From Prevotella sp. (GTDB lineage: Bacteria; Bacteroidota; Bacteroidia; Bacteroidales; Dysgonomonadaceae): 64,000 nt of DNA. The stretch's first letter is position 1. Each line of letters opens with the position of its first letter. The notes below the pieces were generated by a model. It did no database searches, was not told where the DNA came from, and saw only the letters and a program-made list of their open reading frames with translations. Of this stretch, positions 19,423 through 30,266 are shown one piece after another. The stretch is from positions 51,823-115,822 of the forward strand of contig JAITVH010000122.1 of assembly GCA_031285905.1 (NCBI GenBank). The letters run 5' to 3'. The translations under genes were made by a program, and so were the position numbers.

Positions 19423-19496
19423 TTAAACTATCTTAAAATAGAGAATAAAAACGGAGAAACATGTTTTATAACATAAAAATCTATTATCTTTGTACT

Positions 19497-19568
19497 GTGT
19501 TTTTCATGGTATTAGATTTAAGGTTAACAATGAAGATTGGTTGTCGGGATGACAACCTTTTCTTTTTT
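19497..19568 (+). ncRNA. Small RNA of a multicopy Bacteroidales type (possibly FopS-like)
   Basis: TATCTTTG -7 element at 19485-19492; body GTGTTTTTCATGGTATTAGATTTAAGGTTAACAA; terminator GGTTGTC-gggat-GACAACC plus T tract; no ORF. Confidence 0.7.
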
Positions 19569-19721
19569 ATATATACAGACTTGTTTGCGTTTATCAATAA
19601 ATAAGCAAGTTATATAAATGAAAAAGATAGGTTATACCCCTTGAAAAGCCCGGAATCGAAAAACTTCCTATATTTTAAACCCTAAAAGCCGAATATCCCT
19701 ATTCGTTCATGTCGTAAAAAG

Positions 19722-19931
19722 ATGTGGCATTTTCTAAAAGCTGCAGATAGACTCATAAAATCAATTAAAACACTCACAATCAACCTTAAAGGGTCGCCAA
19801 ATCCTAAAAAGCCAAAGCTGGTTAAACTTGAAGTGTTTTTTTACAAGTCCGGACACTCTCGCGTGACAAAATCATTAAAGGACATCAAAGGCTTTATAAA
19901 AGACTGGGATGAAGAAAACCAAACCTTTTGA
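19722..19931 (+). pseudogene. N-terminal (arm-binding) remnant of a Bacteroidales tyrosine integrase
   Basis: LTINLKGSPNPKKPKLVKLEVFFYKSGHSRVTK...KDWDEENQTF resembles, from memory, N-termini of Bacteroides site-specific integrases; no catalytic domain follows. Confidence 0.55.
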
Positions 19932-19966
19932 TCAAGCGACAAAGAGAGAATTCAAATATCAGATAT

Positions 19967-22039
19967 TTATTCGCTTAACTGTGCTATACTTATATTTCTT
20001 AACTCAACATCTTCAGTACGGAAAAGCAGATTCTTTACCCTCAATCCCGGACGGTACGAAATCATTGTGTGCCGGCCTGCAATCTCAGTATCTACAACCG
20101 AACCTCCGAATTTATCTGTACCCTTAATTATCATCCTCATCGTAAATGGCTTATTCGTGTCAATCAGGTTTTCTATCGCATAATTGCGTGCACCCTGCGG
20201 ATTTCCACCTTCGCGCAGCGACTTTTCTTTTCCGGCATAGTCGTTCAGTGAACCTCCGCCATATTGGGCATACATATCATCTAAACGAATCTGCATTTCG
20301 CAGGCATCCTTATCTCCTGTGTCGGGCAACAGCACTACACCTAATTTTCCTTTCTTGTTGGTTATAGGATGCACATCGAAGGTGAGCAGGAAGTTATCGT
20401 TATCGGCAGAAAATGTTGCTTTTTCAGACAAACTAGTAGCCAATCTTTTCTCCTTTTCAGTAGCAGGGACTATTTCTTCCATCCATTTCGTACCTATTCT
20501 TCCGTCAGGATATTGAACAAGTTCGTGTACGGCGAGCGTTCCTCCCCAGCCTTTCATCGATACCCATCCGGCCAGAAGGAAGCGTTCGCCCTCTATTTCT
20601 GTTACCGCAGGCACGGAAAACCCGTTGTAGAAATCAATTCCTTGCCGAACAATGTCAGCATAGCTGTTGTCGGGCGATACAGACGGCTTAGACCACATCC
20701 TGTTGAATCCTCCTAATATATAATCAAATCTGCCCCAGCGAAAATAGAACGTACAATCGCCGCCATATGGAAAATCGGCATCTATGGTATGCCAGCCGCC
20801 GTCTATCGATTCCGATTCCCATGTGCCTTTAGAACCGTAATTGGCCAGCATTCTCAGCTTACCGTCAGGAGTTGTATATACACTCGGATTTTCACAAGGA
20901 TGAAACATAATACCCGTTTTCTTAAAGTTGCTGATACCGTCTTCGCTGACAGAATATGTAGAGCCGGCGGGGAAACCTGTTGTATTGTCGCGGGTGAAAG
21001 TGCCCGTCTTGCCGTGCTCGTTCAGGTAATTCCATTGTGCGGGCAGTGTCGTTACCTCGCGCGGATAGATACGGGTAGTATGCAGCCCGTAACTGATACA
21101 GAATTTCTCATCGAAGACAAATGGCGTGCCTGTGCCGAGCGTTTCCCATTGTTCTTCAATAGGCATAGCTGCTTCGTGTTCTGACCATGTTTTGAAATCT
21201 GCTGTTGACAGGTGCTCAAAATAGTGACCTCCACGTCCGAACTTGCTGCCGTGTTCGCGGCGGTCGAACAGATAAAACACATGGTATCGCCCTTTATGAT
21301 AAAAGGTGGCTACATCGCCCACCCATGTGTTATGCCCGGGAGGTGTCCAATATTGGATGTTGGTCATTGTTTCTGGCATATCTTTTTTTATCCTTTCGGG
21401 CTTTATATCAGGATAATAAAAATCGGCTTTTTTTATATATGCGGCATGTGATTTCCACTCGCCTTTTCCTTGCCATTGTGGATAACCGAGCGCAAAGTCA
21501 TTGTCTAAGAGTTCACCATCGATATACATCGTCCATTCCACACCGGAGAAGTTAAGGGTGACTTCGTGTTCTCCATATGGTTTTTCCAACATGGCTAAAG
21601 GGATGCCGATAACCATATTCTCCACAGGATTCTTATCGGTAGGCAGCCGCAGGGCAATACTAGCCTCGAGCACGGGCACAGAGCCGTTTTTCATTTTATA
21701 AGCAGGGTAATTCTGGCGTGCACGGTCGTTAGCATCGTGTTGGCGTAGACGCACGGTGAGTATTTCGGGTATTTCTATTATAGTCTTCTCTCCTTCAAAT
21801 TCTTTCAGGACTGCCGTAAATTTTATGGTAAAGCCTTTTGTGGTATCGGCGGGTACTGTGAGTTCACCATTTGCATCTTGTGCAGTCAGAGTGGCGATAG
21901 CGGGATTCTTTGCTTCGAAAAGCCATGAGCGGGATAGTAATTCAACTTTTACAGGTTTTTGCTTTGTATCGCACGAAAATAAAATGACGCTGATAAGGGC
22001 TAAGAAGAAGATTGGGATGATGGTTATTTTTCTGTTCAT
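19967..22039 (-). CDS. Lipoprotein, GH32-like five-bladed beta-propeller glycoside hydrolase (divergent)
   Basis: Lipobox LFSC; WVGDVATFYHKGRYHVFYL, HLSTADFKTW, LGTGT and LLAGW motifs. Confidence 0.7.
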   Translation of the reverse strand: MNRKITIIPIFFLALISVILFSCDTKQKPVKVELLSRSWLFEAKNPAIATLTAQDANGELTVPADTTKGFTIKFTAVLKEFEGEKTIIEIPEILTVRLRQHDANDRARQNYPAYKMKNGSVPVLEASIALRLPTDKNPVENMVIGIPLAMLEKPYGEHEVTLNFSGVEWTMYIDGELLDNDFALGYPQWQGKGEWKSHAAYIKKADFYYPDIKPERIKKDMPETMTNIQYWTPPGHNTWVGDVATFYHKGRYHVFYLFDRREHGSKFGRGGHYFEHLSTADFKTWSEHEAAMPIEEQWETLGTGTPFVFDEKFCISYGLHTTRIYPREVTTLPAQWNYLNEHGKTGTFTRDNTTGFPAGSTYSVSEDGISNFKKTGIMFHPCENPSVYTTPDGKLRMLANYGSKGTWESESIDGGWHTIDADFPYGGDCTFYFRWGRFDYILGGFNRMWSKPSVSPDNSYADIVRQGIDFYNGFSVPAVTEIEGERFLLAGWVSMKGWGGTLAVHELVQYPDGRIGTKWMEEIVPATEKEKRLATSLSEKATFSADNDNFLLTFDVHPITNKKGKLGVVLLPDTGDKDACEMQIRLDDMYAQYGGGSLNDYAGKEKSLREGGNPQGARNYAIENLIDTNKPFTMRMIIKGTDKFGGSVVDTEIAGRHTMISYRPGLRVKNLLFRTEDVELRNISIAQLSE

Positions 22040-22387
22040 TTTTCACAATTTAAAGTAAAAATAAGGGTATGCAAGTTACAGAAATATTCTGTGTTATCGG
22101 GGAATTTATATAAAATACAATGTATTATATGAAACTGTTGCGAGATATACGATTTCATTTACGATAAAACCTCAGAATAAGGTTATTATTATAAAGAATA
22201 TTCATAATATTTGTCATGCTAAATAAATAGAGTATTAACCGAGTCTATGTTGCGTTTTTATGTCGGATTTTGACAAGTTCTATTTTAGCAGTTCGGATTT
22301 GTAGAAAGTTACAAGGAAATTCTTGGACATCGGGATAACAACCTTTCCTTTATATATATCAGTAAATAGGAACTTTGCCTACCCCTC

Positions 22388-23104
22388 TCACATATTTAAA
22401 TAGAAATCCTTTGCCAGCCGGATAAAATCATCTGAATATACATGTCTCTCTTTTTCTATAAAGAGCTCGTTTTCTATTACAGGCAGTTGTTCTCTTGAAA
22501 AACTCAGTAAAACTCTTTTGGGGTCTGTTGACTTTTCTGTTGAATAAACATCTGTTATGCGATAGGCAAGAAGATTGCTCTCTTTTGCCAGATGAATTAA
22601 AGACTCCTTCTGTTCAGCAGGATAGATAACAAAAAGCTTACCCTTATCCGATAATAATCCGGATGAAATAAAGAACAGGTCTTCTATATTCAGACTATCG
22701 GTATGGCGGGCCAGAGTCCGTTCCACCCCTTTCGATTTTAAAGAATTCACAAAAAAAGGAGGGTTGGATACGATTACATCATATTTATTCTTGGTTCCTT
22801 TATAAAAATCCTGAAGAGATTGATGCGAACAGGCGATCTGTGAAGAAAATTCAGACTTGTCAATATTTTCTTTGGCTTGTAGAATAGCCTTATCGTCGAT
22901 ATCTATTGCATCTATTTTCAATAGGGGATTACGTTGGGCGATCATCAGTGCGATCAAACCTGTTCCTGTTCCTATATCCAATGCTTTTTTCGCATCCGAG
23001 ACATCGCACCAGGCACCTAATAAAACCCCATCAGTACCAACTTTCATTGCACATTGGTCATGATAAACAGTAAAATTCTTAAATTTGAAAAACGGATTTG
23101 GCAT
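22388..23104 (-). CDS. tRNA1(Val) adenine-37 N6-methyltransferase (YfiC/TrmN6 family)
   Basis: MKVGTDGVLLGAW, LDIGTGTG and SNPPFF motifs. Confidence 0.92.
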   Translation of the reverse strand: MPNPFFKFKNFTVYHDQCAMKVGTDGVLLGAWCDVSDAKKALDIGTGTGLIALMIAQRNPLLKIDAIDIDDKAILQAKENIDKSEFSSQIACSHQSLQDFYKGTKNKYDVIVSNPPFFVNSLKSKGVERTLARHTDSLNIEDLFFISSGLLSDKGKLFVIYPAEQKESLIHLAKESNLLAYRITDVYSTEKSTDPKRVLLSFSREQLPVIENELFIEKERHVYSDDFIRLAKDFYLNM

Positions 23105-23204
23105 AAATTTTGTTATTATTAAAAGTAAAGTTAGTTAATATTCTGTATTTTTGCAGCCCGTTTTATTATCAGGGTGTTAATCCATAAAGTAAAAAGGATA
23201 AAAT

Positions 23205-25688
23205 ATGTACAACAAAAAGAATGAACTACTCAGACTCGAAGAAGAAACTGAACCGGTTATTTCTATCATTTCAAACGACTTCGATGATGGGGACTGTCAT
23301 ATAAACGAAAAAGACTTAAAAGAAGAATTACCGATTCTTCCTTTAAGGAATACGGTTATATTTCCCGGCACAAGCATGCCGATTGCCATAGCCCGGGAAA
23401 AATCGCTGAAACTGATAAAAGCAATAAACCGCCAAAAAGGGAAATATGTAGGACTCGTCTGCCAGAAAGACGCAGATAATGAAGATCCGGAAATGGAGGA
23501 TCTGTATCCGATGGGAGTCATAGGGCAGATAATACGTGTGATAGAGTTGCCTGATGACAATAATGTGACTGTCATCTTTCAGGGAAAAAAACGTTTTTTA
23601 CTGACAGAATTGACACAAACCACACCTTTTCTCAAAGGTCGTCACGAAATAAAGGAAACGACTCCCGTTGCGAAAAACGATACTGAATACAAAGCCCTGA
23701 TAGATTCTATCAGAGACTTGATGATCCATATGTTGCGCATGTATGGCGAGCCGCCAAAAGAGTTTATACAACGGCTGAAATCGGATGTAGTGCCTACTGT
23801 ATTGGTTAATTATTGCTGTGCAAACCTACCAGTTTCAGGTTCTGAGAAACAAAGCCTGCTCGAAATAGATGATGATAAGGAAAGAGCTTACCGACTGTTG
23901 ATGATCCTCAACCGTGAAACTCAGATGATGGAGATGAAACTCAACATCCAGATGAAAACACGGGAAGAACTGAATCAGCAGCAAAAAGAATATTTCCTTC
24001 AGCAACAAATAAAAACTATACAGGACGAATTGGGAGGAAATCCCCAGCAAGCCGACCTGGAAGAATTCAAGCAACGTGCTGCCAAAAAGAAATGGGGCAA
24101 AGAGGTTGCGCAAACATTCGAAAAGGAGATGAATAAACTGGAAAGATTGCATCCACAGTCGCCGGATTATTCTACTCAATATACATATATCGAGACCTTG
24201 CTCGACTTGCCTTGGAACGAGTACACCAAAGACAATTTCAACCTGAAGAATGCGCAAAGAGTACTGGATCAGGATCATTTCGGATTGGAAAAGGTAAAAG
24301 AGCGTATAATTGAACATCTGGCAGTTTTGAAACTGAAAGGTGATCTTAAATCTCCTATTATCTGCCTGTATGGCCCTCCGGGAGTTGGTAAAACATCTCT
24401 TGGAAAGTCTATAGCCACAGCCCTCAACAGAAAATATGTGCGCGTATCATTCGGAGGATTACACGATGAATCTGAAATTCGCGGGCATCGCCGTACCTAT
24501 ATTGGAGCCATGCCGGGCCGTATCATTCAAAATATATTGAAAGCCGGTTCTTCCAATCCTGTTTTTGTACTTGACGAAGTGGATAAAATAGGCCGTGATT
24601 TTAAAGGAGACCCTTCTTCTGCCCTGTTAGAAGTCTTGGATCCGGAACAAAATTCAGCTTTCCACGACAACTACCTGAATATAGACTATGATTTATCAAA
24701 GGTCTTATTCATAGCTACGGCGAATAATCTTTCTACTATAGCCCAACCTCTGTTGGATCGTATGGAGCTAATAGATGTGAGTGGCTATATATTGGAAGAA
24801 AAGGTAGAGATAGGGCGCCGTCATCTTATCCCAAAACAATTGGAAAATCACGGGCTCCAAAAAGATGTGATAAATATCCCCAAAAAGACAATAGAAAAAA
24901 TTGTAGAAAACTATACACGGGAATCGGGTGTCCGCGAACTGGACAAGAAACTTGCGAAAGTAATGCGGAAAGTTGCCCGGAAAGTAGCATCGGAAGAGGA
25001 TTACAAAAAAACGATAGATCCCGACGACCTGCATGAATATCTGGGCGCTATAGAATATAGTAAAGATAAATATCAGGGAAATGATTATGCAGGGGTAGTG
25101 ACCGGGTTGGCCTGGACATCGGTAGGGGGCGAAATACTCTATATCGAGACTTCGTTAAGCAGGGGGAAAGGAAAACTCACACTGACCGGTAATTTGGGCG
25201 AAGTGATGAAGGAATCGGCCGTACTGGCATCTGAATACCTTCATTCGCATGCTCAATATCTTAGCATTGATGAAAGGATCTTTGATAACTGGAATATACA
25301 TGTTCATGTGCCTGAGGGAGCTATTCCGAAGGATGGGCCATCGGCCGGTATTACAATGGTTACAGCCATTGCATCTGCCCTTACCCAGCGTAGGGTGAAA
25401 CCAAATCTGGCTATGACAGGCGAGATTACATTACGCGGCAGGGTATTGCCTGTGGGAGGTATCCGGGAAAAGATTCTTGCAGCTAAACGTGCAGGTATCA
25501 AAGAGATTATTCTTTGCAAGGAAAACAAGAAAGATATAGAAGAAATAAATCCTCTTTATCTAAAAGGCCTGACCTTCCATTATGTCGACGACATACGGCA
25601 GGTATTGGATATTGCCTTACTGAAAGAAAAAGTGAAGCATCCCCAAGACTTGACGATTAAAGAAGAGAAAAACGAAAAAGGTAATTAA
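23205..25688 (+). CDS. lon: ATP-dependent Lon protease
   Basis: LON N-domain, Walker [18 protein letters not shown] catalytic Ser. Confidence 0.98.
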   Translation: MYNKKNELLRLEEETEPVISIISNDFDDGDCHINEKDLKEELPILPLRNTVIFPGTSMPIAIAREKSLKLIKAINRQKGKYVGLVCQKDADNEDPEMEDLYPMGVIGQIIRVIELPDDNNVTVIFQGKKRFLLTELTQTTPFLKGRHEIKETTPVAKNDTEYKALIDSIRDLMIHMLRMYGEPPKEFIQRLKSDVVPTVLVNYCCANLPVSGSEKQSLLEIDDDKERAYRLLMILNRETQMMEMKLNIQMKTREELNQQQKEYFLQQQIKTIQDELGGNPQQADLEEFKQRAAKKKWGKEVAQTFEKEMNKLERLHPQSPDYSTQYTYIETLLDLPWNEYTKDNFNLKNAQRVLDQDHFGLEKVKERIIEHLAVLKLKGDLKSPIICLYGPPGVGKTSLGKSIATALNRKYVRVSFGGLHDESEIRGHRRTYIGAMPGRIIQNILKAGSSNPVFVLDEVDKIGRDFKGDPSSALLEVLDPEQNSAFHDNYLNIDYDLSKVLFIATANNLSTIAQPLLDRMELIDVSGYILEEKVEIGRRHLIPKQLENHGLQKDVINIPKKTIEKIVENYTRESGVRELDKKLAKVMRKVARKVASEEDYKKTIDPDDLHEYLGAIEYSKDKYQGNDYAGVVTGLAWTSVGGEILYIETSLSRGKGKLTLTGNLGEVMKESAVLASEYLHSHAQYLSIDERIFDNWNIHVHVPEGAIPKDGPSAGITMVTAIASALTQRRVKPNLAMTGEITLRGRVLPVGGIREKILAAKRAGIKEIILCKENKKDIEEINPLYLKGLTFHYVDDIRQVLDIALLKEKVKHPQDLTIKEEKNEKGN

Positions 25689-25695
25689 TCATATC

Positions 25696-25733
25696 GAATA
25701 AGAGCAAGCCAGTTGGTTTGCTCTTATTCTTTT
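25696..25733 (+). terminator. lon terminator
   Basis: GAATAAGAGCAAGCC-agtt-GGTTTGCTCTTATTC-TTTT. Confidence 0.85.
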
Positions 25734-25750
25734 GAAGATATGTCCAATGT

Positions 25751-25968
25751 TTTTATTTCTAATTTATCTATAGTTTTAATCAGTTGAAAGTTGAAAATGC
25801 TCTTTGAAGAAATTGATGAAAAGTGTAACCTTTGTTACCTTTTAGTTAAAGGCCCCCTAACCCCCGAAGGGGGAATTGATAAAAAGGGTATCATTTTATA
25901 TTCCTCCCCTTTGGGGAGGCAAGGAGGGGCCGATTACTGTAACCTTTGTCACCTTTTAGTTAAAATAT
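25751..25968 (+). repeat. Composite intergenic scaffold repeat, copy B
   Basis: Block 1 25751-25774, block 2 25801-25816, block 3 25823-25850, block 4 25938-25968. Insert: poly-C/poly-G palindrome pair at 25851-25931. Confidence 0.85.
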
Positions 25969-26024
25969 CAGATTATTGGTCACTAAGAATATTTATATTT
26001 GTACAACAAAAAATACGGGTCAAT

Positions 26025-26921
26025 ATGGTTAATGCAGATTTACATATACATTCACTGTACAGCAGTGATGGAGAGTTCAATGTTGATGAAATTATCAAGC
26101 GTTGCAAAACCCAAAAAGTAAATGTCTTTTCGCTCACAGACCACAATTCGGTCAAAGGGATACAGGAAGCTTCCTCTCTTTCTATGCAAGAAGGGATGTA
26201 CTTTATTCCTAGTATCGAAATCGACTGCAATTATGAAGGAACAGACCTGCATGTATTAGGTTATCAAATCGATTGGAAGTCCCCGGATTTCTTTAAGTTA
26301 GAAGAAGATATTCACAATAAAGTAATGGATTCTTTTAGTGAAATGATAAGTAACCTCAACAGGCTGGGCTTTATCATAGATACACAGGCTGTTCTGGATA
26401 AAGCAGAAGGAAAACTCCCTTCAGCTGAATTGATTGCCGAAGTAATGTTGTCGGATAAAAAATACCATACACCTCTATTGACTCCCTATATGGAGGGCGG
26501 AAACAGAAGTGATATGCCCTATATCAATTTTTATCTCGATTACTTTGCACAGGGGAAACCTGCATTTGTACCTATCGACTATATGAGTTATGATACTGCC
26601 ATTGAAATAATTAAAGACAATGGTGGAATACCGATCATCGCCCATCCGGGACTTAACTTCAATAGGAAAGAAAAGGTTGTGGAAGAATTGCTTAATAAAG
26701 GAGCCAAAGGTCTGGAAGTATTCAATAATTACCACAGTACAGAACAAATAGCCTACTTTGCTTCTTTAACCCAGGAAAATAAATGTCTTATGACGTGTGG
26801 AAGCGATTTTCATGGAAAAACAAAGCCTTTGATAAATATCGGGGTGTTCAAGTATGATAGCCGGTATGAAGATTACCTGACCGGTTCTATAAACCGGATA
26901 AAAGATAATAATACGAACTAA
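26025..26921 (+). CDS. PHP-domain phosphoesterase (TrpH/YciV-like)
   Basis: DLHIHSLYSSDG, LTDHN, AHP and GSDFHG motifs. Start at ATG 26025 after TATATTTG at 25994-26001. Confidence 0.9.
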   Translation: MVNADLHIHSLYSSDGEFNVDEIIKRCKTQKVNVFSLTDHNSVKGIQEASSLSMQEGMYFIPSIEIDCNYEGTDLHVLGYQIDWKSPDFFKLEEDIHNKVMDSFSEMISNLNRLGFIIDTQAVLDKAEGKLPSAELIAEVMLSDKKYHTPLLTPYMEGGNRSDMPYINFYLDYFAQGKPAFVPIDYMSYDTAIEIIKDNGGIPIIAHPGLNFNRKEKVVEELLNKGAKGLEVFNNYHSTEQIAYFASLTQENKCLMTCGSDFHGKTKPLINIGVFKYDSRYEDYLTGSINRIKDNNTN

Positions 26922-27113
26922 CAGGCAAATGAGTCAAATCTATATACTGACTAGCCATTGTCATTTTTACCGCTCAGCTTACCTGCATAGAAAAAAATGC
27001 TTATCTTTGAGGGCTCGTGAATTAGACTTCGGATAATAAAGTAAGAACATGTAAAACTATATATACTTTCAATTTGTTTTACTCTAGCGATAACTTTTCA
27101 AAAAACTATAATT

Positions 27114-27725
27114 ATGAAGAAAAACTTTTTATTGACAGTATCATTAATCGCCTTATTCTTTGTTGCTAACATTCATAAGGCTGATGCTCAACTTCTAAGA
27201 TATGGGTTGAAGGCGGGAATTGATGTCTCTGATTACAAGGTAAATACAGACATGCTCGATGTGAAAAACCGTGTAGGCTTCCAGGTTGGAGGAGTGCTTC
27301 AAATCAAAGTTCCATTAACAGGATTCGGTATAGAAAGCGGATTACAATATGGTAATAAGAGCTATAAAATATCAAACGAAAATCAAGTCGACGGCGACAT
27401 TTCAAATCTTAATTATATAACTGTTCCAATTATGTTGCGCCAAAGCTTCTCTATACTTGGGATAGTAGGTATATATTTTAAGGCCGGTGTTTTTGGTAAT
27501 GTGAAAGTGAGTGGGGGCGATCTTACCATCGATGATGTAAAATACGGGCAGGAAGGATTTCAGACAGGATTGGATACCGGTGTAGGTGTTAGCTTGCTGA
27601 ACCATCTGGAACTAGGTATGCAATACCGTTATAAGTTCTCAGATACATATAAGGATGATGCTGCTAAAGACTTTAATAAGGTAGACCGTTCTACCTGGAC
27701 TGTCGGTTTAGCATACTTATTTTAA
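27114..27725 (+). CDS. Small outer-membrane beta-barrel (porin family)
   Basis: Signal peptide; YGLKAG, YITVP and terminal GLAYLF. Confidence 0.85.
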   Translation: MKKNFLLTVSLIALFFVANIHKADAQLLRYGLKAGIDVSDYKVNTDMLDVKNRVGFQVGGVLQIKVPLTGFGIESGLQYGNKSYKISNENQVDGDISNLNYITVPIMLRQSFSILGIVGIYFKAGVFGNVKVSGGDLTIDDVKYGQEGFQTGLDTGVGVSLLNHLELGMQYRYKFSDTYKDDAAKDFNKVDRSTWTVGLAYLF

Positions 27726-27728
27726 TTG

Positions 27729-30170
27729 ATGAAACTATATGCTGATGTAATCTTACCATTACCCTTACAAGACCTTTACACATATTCCATCCCTGCCGAT
27801 TTACAAGATCAGGTGCAAGAAGGAAGCAGGGTAATAGTCCAGTTTGGGAAAAAGAAGTTTTATACAGCAATAGTATTTCGTCTATATACACCCGAAAAAG
27901 AGATATCTCCAATCAAGGAAATTGTATCCATATTGGAGAATCATGCTATAGTTACCCGTTCCCAGTTGAAATTCTGGGAATGGGTATCGTTTTATTATAT
28001 GTGCTCTCTGGGCGATGTATATCGGGCGGCATTACCTTCTGTATTCAAAATAGAAAGTGAGACGCATGTATTCCTTAATCCTGATTATGAAGGAGAAATA
28101 CCCCTAACCGAGAATGAGAAAAAGATATATTACCATCTCTCTTCAACAAGACCCTCCAGCATAGCTGAGCTGGAAAAGCATACAGGACTGACAAATGCGA
28201 TTCCACACATCAAAGCCTTAGCTGACAAGGGGGCTGCTTTTATAAACGAAAACTTACATAACTCATATTCAGTAAAGACACGAGCTATTGTCAGGCTAAA
28301 GAGAGAGTTTTCTGAATCTGAATTAAGTGAACTACTTGACAGCCTATCCCGGGCAAAAAAGCAACAAGGTCTATTATCAACCTTCCTCTTCCTCAAAGAA
28401 TCCGGAGAAGTTATATTGAAAAAAGACTTATTGGACGAAGCAAATGCCTCATCTTCTGTCTTATCCGAACTTGTCAAAAAAGATATACTGGAAATCTGTG
28501 ATATGGAAATAAGCCGTTTCGACTATGGAGAAACGAATATAGATAAAGCATATACACTCAACCTTTACCAGCAGGAAGCGTATGGAAAGATAAAATCTTC
28601 CTTTCTGGAAAAAGAAGTCACTCTATTGCATGGGGTAACTTCAAGTGGGAAGACAGAAATATATATCCAGTTAATTAAAGACATTATTAACGAAGGAAAG
28701 CAGGTTTTATACCTTCTGCCTGAGATTGCTCTCACTACCCAAATCACTAATAGGCTAAAAGCTGTATTTGGAAATAAACTGGCTGTATATCATTCTAAGT
28801 TTAACGATAATGAACGCGCCGAAACCTGGAACAAGTTGTTGAAAGACAACGAAACTCAGGTTATCTTAGGAGCACGGTCTGCCATCTTTCTTCCATTCAA
28901 TAATCTGGGATTGACCATTGTTGATGAAGAACACGAAGGGTCGTACAAGCAACAAGACCCTGCACCACGTTATAATGCCAAAAATGCAGCCATTGTATTA
29001 GCCGGAATTCAACAGGCTAAAGTATTGCTCGGAACGGCTACCCCTTCAATAGAGACTTATACAAATGCTTTGTCCGGAAGGTATGGTTTTGTACAACTGA
29101 CGAAAAGATATGAGGAAATAGAACTCCCTCATATTTCAGTCATCAACATCAAGGAACTAAGGCGGAAGAAGCAAATGAAGTCTCTCCTTTCCCCTCCCTT
29201 GGTAGAAGAGATAAAAGAGGCCTTGGATAAAAAGGAACAGATAATCCTGTTTCAGAACAGGCGGGGCTTTTCTTCTATGCTCGAATGTAAGAACTGCTCA
29301 TGGACGCCTCACTGTACACATTGCGATGTGAGCCTTACTTATCATAAAGGACAACAATTGATGATCTGTCATTATTGTGGAGCAACATATCGGGTGCCAA
29401 GCGAGTGTCCCGACTGTAAAACCCCTACTCTCGATACTTTAGGATATGGGACAGAACGAGTAGAAGAAGAAGTAGCTTCCCTATTCCCTGAAACATCAAT
29501 TGCCCGTATGGATTTGGATACTACCAGAGGAAAGAAATCATACGAACATATTATATCCGATTTTGAGAACGGGAAGACCAATATCCTTATCGGTACTCAG
29601 ATGGTATCGAAAGGACTCGATTTTGACAATGTATCGGTAGTAGGTATTCTGAATGCAGATAATCTCCTTAATTATCCTGATTTCAGGGCATATGAGAAAG
29701 CATACCAACTGATGATTCAGGTTAGCGGACGCGCCGGACGAAAGAATAAACGAGGGCTGGTCGTTTTGCAAACATCGCATCCTTCCCACCCCCTCATCAA
29801 TTCGGTAAAGCATCACAATTACAACCTGTTTTATGAAATGCAGGTTGCCGAACGTAAAGTCTTCCGTTACCCTCCTTACTTCAGACTGATATCCATTGTT
29901 GTACGGGGACGAGATGAATCGCTGGTAGAAAAAGCTTCGGCTGAATTTACACTCGGGTTGAAGCAGTCTTTTAAAGATCGTATATTAGGGCCGGGTAAAC
30001 CTCCGGTTTCAAGGGTACAATCTTTATACATCCGCAATATCCTCATCAAAATTGAGAATAATGCTTCGATACAAAAAGTAAGGGATATAATCTTTCACTA
30101 TCAAAACAGTATCCTCTCCAACCCTTCCTACAAATCACTGCTGATACATTATGATGTAGATCCGCTCTGA
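27729..30170 (+). CDS. priA: Primosomal protein N'
   Basis: GVTSSGKTE, DEEHE, four CxxC motifs, NRRGF. Confidence 0.97.
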   Translation: MKLYADVILPLPLQDLYTYSIPADLQDQVQEGSRVIVQFGKKKFYTAIVFRLYTPEKEISPIKEIVSILENHAIVTRSQLKFWEWVSFYYMCSLGDVYRAALPSVFKIESETHVFLNPDYEGEIPLTENEKKIYYHLSSTRPSSIAELEKHTGLTNAIPHIKALADKGAAFINENLHNSYSVKTRAIVRLKREFSESELSELLDSLSRAKKQQGLLSTFLFLKESGEVILKKDLLDEANASSSVLSELVKKDILEICDMEISRFDYGETNIDKAYTLNLYQQEAYGKIKSSFLEKEVTLLHGVTSSGKTEIYIQLIKDIINEGKQVLYLLPEIALTTQITNRLKAVFGNKLAVYHSKFNDNERAETWNKLLKDNETQVILGARSAIFLPFNNLGLTIVDEEHEGSYKQQDPAPRYNAKNAAIVLAGIQQAKVLLGTATPSIETYTNALSGRYGFVQLTKRYEEIELPHISVINIKELRRKKQMKSLLSPPLVEEIKEALDKKEQIILFQNRRGFSSMLECKNCSWTPHCTHCDVSLTYHKGQQLMICHYCGATYRVPSECPDCKTPTLDTLGYGTERVEEEVASLFPETSIARMDLDTTRGKKSYEHIISDFENGKTNILIGTQMVSKGLDFDNVSVVGILNADNLLNYPDFRAYEKAYQLMIQVSGRAGRKNKRGLVVLQTSHPSHPLINSVKHHNYNLFYEMQVAERKVFRYPPYFRLISIVVRGRDESLVEKASAEFTLGLKQSFKDRILGPGKPPVSRVQSLYIRNILIKIENNASIQKVRDIIFHYQNSILSNPSYKSLLIHYDVDPL

Positions 30171-30266
30171 TTGCAGGCTATCAAGTATTTAAGTTTTTTT
30201 ATCTGCATAATTAAAAGCTTTTACTTAACTTTGGGGCGACTATAGCTTACACACTTAATCTCGAAT

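Larger units (their letters stand above)
19544..22346. mobile_element. Decayed integrative island inserted at the sRNA 3' end
   Basis: TCGGGAT(G/A)ACAACCTTT direct repeat at 19544-19560 and 22330-22346; integrase stub next to the left copy. Confidence 0.6.

Noticed and set aside
25791-26024. N-terminal extension of the PHP ORF with two CNLC motifs resembling a zinc finger
   Set aside because: Both motifs are translations of the 30-bp scaffold repeat; a -7 promoter element at 25994-26001 supports the ATG at 26025
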